A stretch of 62,628 nt of DNA, counting the filler, from Pseudobdellovibrionaceae bacterium (GTDB lineage: Bacteria; Bdellovibrionota; Bdellovibrionia; Bdellovibrionales; UBA1609): the NCBI GenBank assembly GCA_030591685.1. It is 5 parts of 5 records of this genome, joined end to end, with 100 filler letters (N's around TTAATTAATTAA, not from the genome) between each part and the next. Parts side by side here need not be neighbours in the genome. Positions count along the whole stretch, not along the records: positions 13,230 to 31,894 come from JAUVAX010000044.1; 4 more parts are not named here. One strand, 5' to 3'. The notes under the pieces are model-generated. The model made no database searches. It worked only from the letters and a program-made list of their open reading frames with translations, and was not told the origin of the DNA. This document shows positions 18,349-27,172 of the stretch, piece after piece. The translations under genes and the position numbers were made by a program. Each line of letters starts with the position of its first letter. Within the stretch, counting starts at the first letter, position 1.

Positions 18349-19311
18349 ATGAAGTTAACAAAACATAGTTATGAACGCATTGCCGGGGCATTTTTTTTAA
18401 CAGCACTTTTTGGTGGTTTGATTTCAATAGCTAGTGTGGCTTTTAATAAGGGCTGGTTTGAATCAAAATCACAGTACACTACCGAGTTACAATCAGCAGA
18501 GGGCGTATACTCAGGGACCTTAGTTCATATGTCAGGTTTAAAAATAGGTAAAGTTTATGACGTTGAGTTGGCAGAGGATAATACAATTAAAGTTTATTTT
18601 GAGATTTTCTCAAAATATCAACAACGAATTAAAGAAGACTCTTACATTATGGTTGTTCGGCCCTTTGTTATAGGTGAAAAAATCCTTGATATCACTGTGG
18701 GCAGCATTGAAGGCAAGGAGCTTAAAGTGGGTAGCTTAATACCAGCTAAACAAGCCATTGATTTTATGGATTTATTAAGTGGCCGTAGAATGAACCCACT
18801 ACTCAATGATTTATCAAGTCTTGTTGGAAACTTTAAAGTTTTAATCACAGCCTTTTCAGACAGAAGCCGTACCGAAGCCTTAGTAAAAATGTTTGATCGA
18901 TTAGAACCATTAGTTAGGAACTTAAGCAATATGTCCTCAGGGATGGTTAAATTTACAAACACATTGAATAGGAAAAAGAGGCTAGAGATAATGGCATCTA
19001 ATATGGCCCTAATTACAGGAGAAATGGGAGCTATGATCCCTGAATTTAAAAAACAGGTGCCCAATATGGGGCAACAATTTGGGCAACTGGTAGATAATTT
19101 AAATATTTTAACCACTGAATTAAAGAAGATGGCCCCTGCTATACAAGCTATAGCCCCTGATTTACCGAGAGTGAGTGTTAGGGCTGTTGAGGCTTTAGAC
19201 CAAGCGGTCATTACAATGAAGGCCCTGCAAAAGTCTTTTTTTCTAAGAGGAAATGTTGAAGAGGTGATTGAGGAGGAGTCTAAAAGAGCCCCCGCCAATC
19301 ATGACAAATAG
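18349..19311 (+). CDS. mlaD: MCE/MlaD-family protein
   Basis: TM helix, SAEGV..GT.V..SGLKIGKV, GEK..DI..G, long helical C-terminus. Confidence 0.9.
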   Translation: MKLTKHSYERIAGAFFLTALFGGLISIASVAFNKGWFESKSQYTTELQSAEGVYSGTLVHMSGLKIGKVYDVELAEDNTIKVYFEIFSKYQQRIKEDSYIMVVRPFVIGEKILDITVGSIEGKELKVGSLIPAKQAIDFMDLLSGRRMNPLLNDLSSLVGNFKVLITAFSDRSRTEALVKMFDRLEPLVRNLSNMSSGMVKFTNTLNRKKRLEIMASNMALITGEMGAMIPEFKKQVPNMGQQFGQLVDNLNILTTELKKMAPAIQAIAPDLPRVSVRAVEALDQAVITMKALQKSFFLRGNVEEVIEEESKRAPANHDK

Positions 19312-19318
19312 GAGCAAT

Positions 19319-19864
19319 ATGTCTGCTAGAGATATAACATGGGATACTTTTTTAAAAGTTGATGTTTTTGCAAAGTCTCTTATCCATCAGAAAGTTGATG
19401 TTCTTCATGCTGAGGACTCTGAAATAGTCAGTCGTTTGTATAACAATGGTGGCTCTGAAATGGGCTTGATTTTATGGCATGATGAACAAGAAAACATTTT
19501 AAAACAGCAGGTTTGCCTTTATGGGCAGGTTGTCGAGTGGAACATCCTACAGGGGGTCCTTACGGGAGTGATAGTCGATGACGAGAAGAACCCTGAAGAT
19601 GAATGCCTAAATTTTAAAGACCTACTTGTTTACGATAAATCCCCCTCAAAACCTTCAGTTTTACAAGCCATAGAGTTTATTAATCATGTGCCAGAATTGA
19701 ATTTACAGTATAAACAAGAGCTACTTAAAAATCTAAAAACAGGTGATTATGTAAATACTCTAGGGGCCGACGAGTTTCTTACAAAATTTGGATTTCACTC
19801 AGGCCGCCCCAGTAAGAATAGTAAGAGTTGGGCTCAAAAAATAGCGAACTTTTTTAATATTTAA
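19319..19864 (+). CDS. hypothetical protein
   Basis: AGGAG RBS; co-oriented with the mla genes. Confidence 0.7.
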   Translation: MSARDITWDTFLKVDVFAKSLIHQKVDVLHAEDSEIVSRLYNNGGSEMGLILWHDEQENILKQQVCLYGQVVEWNILQGVLTGVIVDDEKNPEDECLNFKDLLVYDKSPSKPSVLQAIEFINHVPELNLQYKQELLKNLKTGDYVNTLGADEFLTKFGFHSGRPSKNSKSWAQKIANFFNI

Positions 19865-19930
19865 AAATGACGCATGATTTCTAGTAAAAACTCTTAAGTA
19901 AACCTAAAGATTCTTGGTATAAATATACTT

Positions 19931-21157
19931 ATGTTAAGTTGGACTTTATTTAAGAGATATTTGCTTTCAAAGCAATCTGAGAGTTTAGTGAAGGTGGTCT
20001 CAAGACTTTGTGTTTTAGGGGTTGCCGTAGGGGTCGCTTCTTTTATTATTGTTTTGAGTATTATGAATGGGTTTAGTAACTCAACAATGAGGCGTCACTT
20101 AATAGTTGAACCACACATTGTAATAAAAGAAGTGGGTCAAAATAAAAAGGCTCAGTTTATAACCCCCTTAGTACAAAGGCTTGATAAATACGAACTCCAA
20201 GATGTTTTTTTAAGATCCCCTGATAATTTCTCTGGAGCTATAGCCAAGGGTGTAAGTAGAGAACTATTAAAAACTATTTTTTTAAAGTTTAAACCTCAAA
20301 AGGCTCCGCCTTCGGAAGATGAGTATTTAAGTCTAATAGCCCCCTCGGATATTGTTCAAATTATAGAGGGTCTTAAGCCTGGTGAGGTTATAATTGGCGT
20401 TGATTTAGCGAGATCTATGGGGCTTGTTGAGGGGGATAAGGTGACCGTATTGCCGCCTGAAACACTATTGTTGCCCGCAGGGGAGGCCCCGTTAATAGAA
20501 AAAATAGTCATAAAGGGTTTATTTTCAACAAACATTGCCGAGGTGGATGGTAATTATATTTACTATCTTTACGATGAAACCCTTACAAGTTTTAAGAAAA
20601 CAGCCAGCCGTGAAGAGGGCTATGAGGTGCGTTTAACTCAAGCAGAACTATATAATGAATATTTACAGAGCCTCACGGGCCTTTCTGAATATTCTTTTGA
20701 AACTTGGGTCGATAGAAACTCCTCTCTTTTTTTAGCCCTTAAAGTTGAAAAGTGGACTATGACTACATTTTTAAGTTTGGCCGCACTTATAACTAGCTTT
20801 ACAATAATAACAGTGCTGATTTTGCTTATTACGCAAAAGCGAAATGACATAGGGGTGTTAATGACCTTGGGTTTATCCTCCAATGCTCTGCAAAAAATAT
20901 ATACGCGCATGGGCCTTTATTTGTTTGGCATAGGCCTAATTGGGGGTATGATTTTTGGGGTACTAGTGAGTTTAACTCTCCAAATGTATCCTTTAGAGGT
21001 ATTACCTAATATTTACTACGAGCGCACAATACCTTCACAATTAGATATCCATTTAATTCTTTGGATGTGTGTGGGGGCTATTATAATCGGCAGCTTAGCC
21101 TCGTGGATCCCTGCACGACGAATTGTTAAAATGTCACCTATTGATATATTAAGGTAG
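19931..21157 (+). CDS. LolC/E family lipoprotein-release ABC permease
   Basis: GVAVGV...VLSIMNGF, IIG.DLA..MG...GD.V, W...N..LF.A...EK, DIGVL.TLG, SWIPARR. Confidence 0.92.
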   Translation: MLSWTLFKRYLLSKQSESLVKVVSRLCVLGVAVGVASFIIVLSIMNGFSNSTMRRHLIVEPHIVIKEVGQNKKAQFITPLVQRLDKYELQDVFLRSPDNFSGAIAKGVSRELLKTIFLKFKPQKAPPSEDEYLSLIAPSDIVQIIEGLKPGEVIIGVDLARSMGLVEGDKVTVLPPETLLLPAGEAPLIEKIVIKGLFSTNIAEVDGNYIYYLYDETLTSFKKTASREEGYEVRLTQAELYNEYLQSLTGLSEYSFETWVDRNSSLFLALKVEKWTMTTFLSLAALITSFTIITVLILLITQKRNDIGVLMTLGLSSNALQKIYTRMGLYLFGIGLIGGMIFGVLVSLTLQMYPLEVLPNIYYERTIPSQLDIHLILWMCVGAIIIGSLASWIPARRIVKMSPIDILR

Positions 21158-21161
21158 TTTG

Positions 21162-21983
21162 TTACACCGAAACATCAAAGTCTCTGAGAGCCTCAGTGAG
21201 TGATGTTTTTTTATCAGTACTTTCTTTTCGTTCACCAATTATAAGTGCACAGGGTACGCCATACTCACCAGCGGGGAACTTTTTAACTCGACTCCCTGGG
21301 ATAACAACGCTATTGGCAGGTATTCGACCAGTGTATAGGGTTTCTTTTTCTTTTGTGACATCTATTATTTTAGTGCTGGCGGTAATGGTAACTCCAGCTC
21401 CAAGAACAGCCCCATATTCGACAATAGCCCCTTCGACAACAATGCACCGGCTGCCGATAAAGCAATTGTCCTCAATAATTACAGGGTTTGCTTGGACGGG
21501 CTCTAGAACGCCACCTATACCAACCCCACCAGAGAGGTGAACGTTTTTACCAATTTGAGCGCAGCTCCCAACGGTGGCCCATGTATCGATCATGCTGCCA
21601 GAGCTGACATGCGCACCAATATTTACATACGAGGGCATTAAAATAGCTCCCTTTTCAATAAAAGCGCCCTTTCTTACAAGGGCATGGGGTACAACTCGCA
21701 CGCCCTCGCTGCCATCCCACTGCTTAAGTGGGATTTTATCGAAAAACTTGAGCTCTCCCGCCTCAATGACCTGCATCTTCATGACTCTAAAGTATAAAAG
21801 AACCGACTTTTTAAGCCAGCTATGGGTGACCCATGACCCGTCTATTTTTTCACAAATTCTTGCTTTGCCTGTGTCGAGCCTTTGGATGGCTTCATGTACT
21901 GAGAGCGCATTGTCACCCTGGCTGAGTAATTCAGGGTTATCGTAGCAGGCTTCAATAGTGTCTATAAGCTTTTGTTGATCCAA
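21162..21983 (-). CDS. dapD: tetrahydrodipicolinate N-succinyltransferase
   Basis: DKIPLK, RVVP, MPSYVNIGA, DTWATVGSCAQIGKNVHLSGGVGIGGVLEP. Confidence 0.97.
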   Translation of the reverse strand: MDQQKLIDTIEACYDNPELLSQGDNALSVHEAIQRLDTGKARICEKIDGSWVTHSWLKKSVLLYFRVMKMQVIEAGELKFFDKIPLKQWDGSEGVRVVPHALVRKGAFIEKGAILMPSYVNIGAHVSSGSMIDTWATVGSCAQIGKNVHLSGGVGIGGVLEPVQANPVIIEDNCFIGSRCIVVEGAIVEYGAVLGAGVTITASTKIIDVTKEKETLYTGRIPANSVVIPGSRVKKFPAGEYGVPCALIIGERKESTDKKTSLTEALRDFDVSV

Positions 21984-22028
21984 AACTCCTCCTAGAGGGA
22001 TGTAATTATACGAGTGACATAATAGTTG

Positions 22029-22679
22029 TTACTCGTAAGCTTTCAAGGCTTTTATTATGGCGGGTACATGTATATTTAATATTTTTTGTGGGTCCAGCCC
22101 TCTTTCAATTTCATAAGTGAGGGTGGGGATGTTTCTTTCAAGGCCTGAGTATGTGCCAAGGCAGCCTGGCGTTGGGTAACCAATAGATTCAACTATTTCA
22201 TAGCCCGTTTCTTTTGAAATTATGTTAGAAATCGGCGCGCAATCCCCGTTTGTATTTAATACGGGTTTCCAAGAATGAAGACTGATTATAAAATTTACTT
22301 TGTTGGTATCAATAAAATGCACAAGGGCTTGGTTTTCAGGTTCTGAGTTGGCTTGAGGACCAGGGTAGTACTTTTCCTCGGGCACATTGTTTGTCCAATC
22401 ATTCGTGGGTAAATTTCTATTAAGGTCGATGTTTCTAGCATTTTTACGTTGATTTTTTAGGACCCCATCGAGGTTAAAGGTGGGTATTATAGTAGTAGAA
22501 AAGTTCAGGGTATAATTAGTGATAAACTTTTCTAAAAGGCCATGGGTGCCAACAACCCCTTCGGTTTCGTCGCCATGGACTCCGCCCAAAATAAGAACTT
22601 TTTTTTCACTAATAGGCCCAAATTGATAGCCTAAAATTGGTAAATTTTGCGTAGTAACCCCAAACTTAAAACTTTGCAC
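22029..22679 (-). CDS. mpaA: murein peptide amidase A-like M14 zinc carboxypeptidase
   Basis: GGVHGDE, N.DG, DLNRN, SEPE, SLH, GYPTPG.LG, catalytic E. Confidence 0.8.
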   Translation of the reverse strand: MQSFKFGVTTQNLPILGYQFGPISEKKVLILGGVHGDETEGVVGTHGLLEKFITNYTLNFSTTIIPTFNLDGVLKNQRKNARNIDLNRNLPTNDWTNNVPEEKYYPGPQANSEPENQALVHFIDTNKVNFIISLHSWKPVLNTNGDCAPISNIISKETGYEIVESIGYPTPGCLGTYSGLERNIPTLTYEIERGLDPQKILNIHVPAIIKALKAYE

Positions 22680-22704
22680 AATTGGCCTCCCATGTTATAG
22701 ATTT

Positions 22705-23937
22705 GTGTCTATGAAACAGCAAAGTCGTATGGTGGTCAAGAAATTTGGTGGGACAAGCGTCGGATCTATAGAGAGGATCGAAGCTGTGGCTCAAAGAATT
22801 TTTGAGGATACTCAAGAGGGGCAAAGGCCTATAATTGTATCCTCAGCCATGGCTGGTGAGACGAACCGCCTTGTGTCCTTGGCTCGGGATATAAATAATA
22901 CATATAGAGGCCCTGCTTATGACATGCTTTTGGCCTCAGGCGAGCAGGTCTCTATTGCATTATTAGCCATGGCCATTGAAAAACGAGGGCTTAAGGCAAA
23001 ACCTCTGTTGGCCTATCAATTGGGTATAAAGACAGATTCTATTTTCTCAAAAGCTCGAATAAAGAGTGTTGATGATAAAAAGATTTTAGATTTAGTAGAT
23101 AAAAATATAATCCCAATCATTGCGGGTTTTCAAGGCTCTACAGGTCTTGAGATTACCACTTTAGGTCGGGGGGGGTCTGATACAACAGCCGTAGCCATTG
23201 CTGCTGCTATTGGTGCTGGAGAGTGTGAAATTTTTACGGACGTCCCGGCTATTTGTTCGGCAGACCCACGACTTATAAAAAATGTGAGCGAAATTAGTAA
23301 ACTCAGCTTTGAAGAGATGATGGAGATGGCGAGTTTAGGCTCAAAAGTATTACACTTTAGATGTGTCGAGTTAGCAGCCAAGTATAATGTTAAAATTCAT
23401 TTAAGGTCTACTTTTTTAAAACGAGAGGGGACTTGGGTGGTCCCTAAAGGAGAATGTATGGAAAATCCAGTGGTATCCTCAGTCACTCATGATGCAAGCA
23501 CCGCGGTTATTAAACTGTTTCCGGTGCCCATAGGGCAGAGTTATTTGTCTAAGTTATTTGACCTCTTATCTAAAAAAAATATTGTCATTGATATAATTAC
23601 TCAAAGTCAAAATGAAGAGGGGCAAAGGCTGGCCTTTTCAATGCAAGAAGATGAAGTGTTTCTGGCTGAAGAAGTTGTTAAAGAGGTTTTTGACGCTAGT
23701 GTTAAGGTCAGTATTATGAGAGGGATGGCCAAAATATCAACAATAGGCGTTGGGATGAAAAACCACCATGGGGTGGCTTCGCGCTTTTTTAAAATTTTAA
23801 ATAGCTTAGAAATACCAATACATTTAGTAACTACCTCTGATATTAAAATATCAGCGGTTATAGAGCGTACGCATTTGCAAGAGGCGGCTTCAGGTTTGCA
23901 CACTGAATTTGGTTTAGACTCAGAAAAACAGGATTAG
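22705..23937 (+). CDS. lysC: aspartate kinase
   Basis: KFGGTSV, SAMAGET, TTLGRGGSDTTA, DPR, two ACT domains. Confidence 0.96.
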   Translation: MSMKQQSRMVVKKFGGTSVGSIERIEAVAQRIFEDTQEGQRPIIVSSAMAGETNRLVSLARDINNTYRGPAYDMLLASGEQVSIALLAMAIEKRGLKAKPLLAYQLGIKTDSIFSKARIKSVDDKKILDLVDKNIIPIIAGFQGSTGLEITTLGRGGSDTTAVAIAAAIGAGECEIFTDVPAICSADPRLIKNVSEISKLSFEEMMEMASLGSKVLHFRCVELAAKYNVKIHLRSTFLKREGTWVVPKGECMENPVVSSVTHDASTAVIKLFPVPIGQSYLSKLFDLLSKKNIVIDIITQSQNEEGQRLAFSMQEDEVFLAEEVVKEVFDASVKVSIMRGMAKISTIGVGMKNHHGVASRFFKILNSLEIPIHLVTTSDIKISAVIERTHLQEAASGLHTEFGLDSEKQD

Positions 23938-23940
23938 TAA

Positions 23941-25140
23941 ATGGCTTTTATATATAAAAACAACACCCTTTGTGTTCAAACAAAAGACCAAGTAAAGCCC
24001 ATAGCTGAAGTTATTGGCACCTACGAGAAGCCCACATATGTTTACGATTTAAATGAAATGCTAAGGCGCATAGGGGCTTTAAAAGAAGCGTTTAAAGATC
24101 AGGCCAGTATTCATTATGCAATGAAGGCTAACCATAACCCTGAAATTTTAAAAACATTTGCAAGCTTAGGTATTGGAGCTGATACAGTGAGCGGTGGGGA
24201 GATTGACCTCGCCTTAGCGGCAGGGTTTAAGGCGAAAAATCTTGTATTTTCAGGAGTGGGTAAAACATTAAAAGAGATCCGAAAAGCAGTTGATTTAGGG
24301 ATTAAGCAAATAAATGTAGAGTCACCGGCAGAACTACGAAGAATCGGAGAGTGTGCTAAAGAAAAAAACAAAACAGTAACCGTTGCGTTTAGGATGAACC
24401 CTGACGTGAACCCCGAAACTCACCCTTATATTAAAACAGGTTTTCGCGATAATAAATTTGGAATGGACCAGAGTTTTATGCCTGAACTAGAGAATATCCT
24501 GGATGAATTTAAAGATCACTTATCTTTAGTAGGACTGACTATCCATATAGGCTCACAGCTTCAACAAACTCATGAATTTGTTGAAGCCATTAATAAAACA
24601 AGAACGGTATGGGATTATTTTAAAAATAAGGGCTATCAATTAAAAACAATGGATATTGGTGGGGGGCTGGGGTTAGATTACAAGTCTGAGAATACAGAAA
24701 AGGACTATGAGTTAATCGCCCAGTATGGAAAGGTTGTTTTAGAGGCTCTTAAGCCCTTTGAGGCTGAAGTGCTTATTGAGCCGGGGAGGATTATAACGGC
24801 CAGAGCCGGTATATTAGTGGCTCAGGTACAGTATATAAAATGCTCTCCTTATAAAAATTTTGTTATAGTCGATACAGGAATGCATCACTTACTTAGACCG
24901 AGTCTTTATCAGGCCTATCATAGAATTGAACCACTGAACCTAAAAAGTGATAAAAAAAATATACTTTACGATGTTGTGGGCCCTATTTGCGAATCGAGTG
25001 ATGTTTTAGGTTTTGATCGGTTGTTTCCTAGTGTTCAGCAAGACGATTTGATGGTTATCTTTGATGCTGGTGCTTACGGATATAGTATGGCAAATTCATA
25101 TAATTGCCACAGCTTTCCTGAGGAAATAATAGTCACATAA
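23941..25140 (+). CDS. lysA: diaminopimelate decarboxylase
   Basis: YAMKAN, VSGGE, FSGVGK, HIGSQ, DIGGGLG, EPGR, GPICESSD, AGAYG. Confidence 0.97.
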   Translation: MAFIYKNNTLCVQTKDQVKPIAEVIGTYEKPTYVYDLNEMLRRIGALKEAFKDQASIHYAMKANHNPEILKTFASLGIGADTVSGGEIDLALAAGFKAKNLVFSGVGKTLKEIRKAVDLGIKQINVESPAELRRIGECAKEKNKTVTVAFRMNPDVNPETHPYIKTGFRDNKFGMDQSFMPELENILDEFKDHLSLVGLTIHIGSQLQQTHEFVEAINKTRTVWDYFKNKGYQLKTMDIGGGLGLDYKSENTEKDYELIAQYGKVVLEALKPFEAEVLIEPGRIITARAGILVAQVQYIKCSPYKNFVIVDTGMHHLLRPSLYQAYHRIEPLNLKSDKKNILYDVVGPICESSDVLGFDRLFPSVQQDDLMVIFDAGAYGYSMANSYNCHSFPEEIIVT

Positions 25141-25249
25141 TTTCTGTTTAAAAAGGGACTGTTTTTTATTATTGATTTGTGCCTATAGTTTTAATGAATT
25201 AAAAAAAATATTAAAACAGAAGTATCTTTTAAGTAGGCGACCCTATTAG

Positions 25250-27094
25250 TTAAACTTGGACCATAAAATAGGTTAAATCATCATCAAGAGGTGTGGACTG
25301 TCTAAAGTCATTAATAGTAGCTTCCAGGCTAAGCACACTGTCCTTTAGGGACTTTTTTTCATTTATAGAGTGCAAAATATTTTTTAAAAATAATCGTTCT
25401 CCGAGCATTTTGTTTTCTGGGTTTTTAAGCTCAGTGACTCCGTCGGTATAAAATATAACTCGATCTTTAGGGTTAAGAGTGTACTCAGAGAGGCGAAAAT
25501 TGGTTTCACCACTTTCTCCTAGGCGAGGAAAGGTGTGGTCTAGTAAGGGGATTAAATCTCTCTTAGTGAGTTTGCTTTCAGTAAAGGGGAGTACAAACGG
25601 GGGCTCATGACTAGCATTGCAGTAGCTTAAAATACGAGTTGTAGGGTCATAGGACGCTAAAAAGAAGGTCATCAGCACCTGGCCCTTAGCACAGCTATAA
25701 ATGGATTGATTTAATAAATACATAATATGATCAATAGCTAGCCCACCTTTCATGTTCTCGATTAAGCTAGCTGTAGACCTTGCTGCGGCAGTCACTAGGG
25801 CCGCGGGGGCGCCGTGGCCCGTAGCATCTCCAATCCAAAAATAATATTTACCATCTATTTTGTTATGAAACCACCAGTCGCCACCACATTCGCTGGCGGG
25901 TTCATAAAAACCCTCGATGGCCACGTTCTCTGACTGGTATGAGGGCTCGGGGAATAAGGTGTTCTGTACGAGATGAGCCATTTTTAATTCATTTTCCATT
26001 CGTATTTTGGCTTCGGTATCAACAACTAATCTCCCGATCTCTTTAGCCATAATGTTAAAGTTGGCAGAGAGCTCGCCTATTTCATCATTAGACTGACTGG
26101 AGACAGAAACATCAAACTGCCCTTTGGATATTTTTTTTGTCCCCTGAGTTAGCTGGTTAAGAGCAAAGGTGAGTTTGTTTGAACTTAAAACACTAATGAC
26201 AATAGTTATTAAAACAAGAATCAAAAATATAATTAATCCCTTAAACTTTAAAGCTCTAAGGGGCTCTAGAGCAGTGCTCCTTGGGACATAGCTGACTATA
26301 TTAAGCCCTGCAATATCTACAGAGCTGGCCGATACAAGCAGGCTCTCATTTGTGTTTTCAAGGGTCACTTGTCGGGCCAGTGAAGAGCCTTGCATTTGGC
26401 TGGAGACTTGCTGTAAGACCTTGTATAGCTCCTCTTTATTTATGTTTGAAAAAGAGGGTTCTTTAGGTTGCATAAGTATTTTGTTTTGGCGATCAAGTAG
26501 AAAACTTTTTTGACGACTTAGGCTAGAAAAAATATCTAAAAAATCTCCCTGATTAAAAACCCCAAGGACATAGGCCTTTTTTTTTGTCCCTACCAGGTCG
26601 TATCTAAGGGCCAAGGCCCAAGTTGATGAGTGAGGGCTGAGCCGATCAAGACTAATTTGATTTTTTTTTGCCTTTTTTAAAAGTTTTTTAATTTTTTCAG
26701 CTTTTGAGCGGTAAAGCTCCTTGTTAAAATTACTATTGATTGCTTTATGGGCAATTTTAAACTGCTCTCCTTTTGGGTTTTTATAGACAAAGAGCGCATC
26801 TAACTGACCTTCATTAGAAAATATAGACTTAGAAAAGCTGTGTAGTTTAAAGGTGTTGCTGTCAAACCCTCTCATTAAAAAGGTGAGTTTATTGACTGTG
26901 AATTGTATCTCTGTGCGCATTTGGTTGGCTGAATTTGAGCTGTGAGCTTTATTGGCATCAAATACGTAAGCCATTTTATCTTGAGTAAAGTCAGAGATGG
27001 CCACGAAGGCGAAGCTCATTAAAACGAAGGTCGACAAGCCAACAAGAAGTATGATGAGTTTGAACTTTAAGGGTATACGTACAGTTTTTATCAT
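25250..27094 (-). CDS. membrane sensor with HAMP and SpoIIE/PP2C phosphatase domains
   Basis: Two TMs, HAMP (NDEIGELSANFN), GGDWW, GDATGHG..AAL, YTDGVTE, DDLT. Confidence 0.93.
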   Translation of the reverse strand: MIKTVRIPLKFKLIILLVGLSTFVLMSFAFVAISDFTQDKMAYVFDANKAHSSNSANQMRTEIQFTVNKLTFLMRGFDSNTFKLHSFSKSIFSNEGQLDALFVYKNPKGEQFKIAHKAINSNFNKELYRSKAEKIKKLLKKAKKNQISLDRLSPHSSTWALALRYDLVGTKKKAYVLGVFNQGDFLDIFSSLSRQKSFLLDRQNKILMQPKEPSFSNINKEELYKVLQQVSSQMQGSSLARQVTLENTNESLLVSASSVDIAGLNIVSYVPRSTALEPLRALKFKGLIIFLILVLITIVISVLSSNKLTFALNQLTQGTKKISKGQFDVSVSSQSNDEIGELSANFNIMAKEIGRLVVDTEAKIRMENELKMAHLVQNTLFPEPSYQSENVAIEGFYEPASECGGDWWFHNKIDGKYYFWIGDATGHGAPAALVTAAARSTASLIENMKGGLAIDHIMYLLNQSIYSCAKGQVLMTFFLASYDPTTRILSYCNASHEPPFVLPFTESKLTKRDLIPLLDHTFPRLGESGETNFRLSEYTLNPKDRVIFYTDGVTELKNPENKMLGERLFLKNILHSINEKKSLKDSVLSLEATINDFRQSTPLDDDLTYFMVQV

Positions 27095-27172
27095 TTTTTT
27101 AATCTCTTGTAGCCCTTTAGTATTTTTTAATCATATACTGTTTTAAACATAATTTGTAAGAGATATTATACT

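Noticed and set aside
18642..19298. 218-aa antisense ORF (similarly 58930-59613, 21196-21945, 36180-36494 and other short overlaps)
   Set aside because: Shadow ORFs on the opposite strand of well-supported genes.
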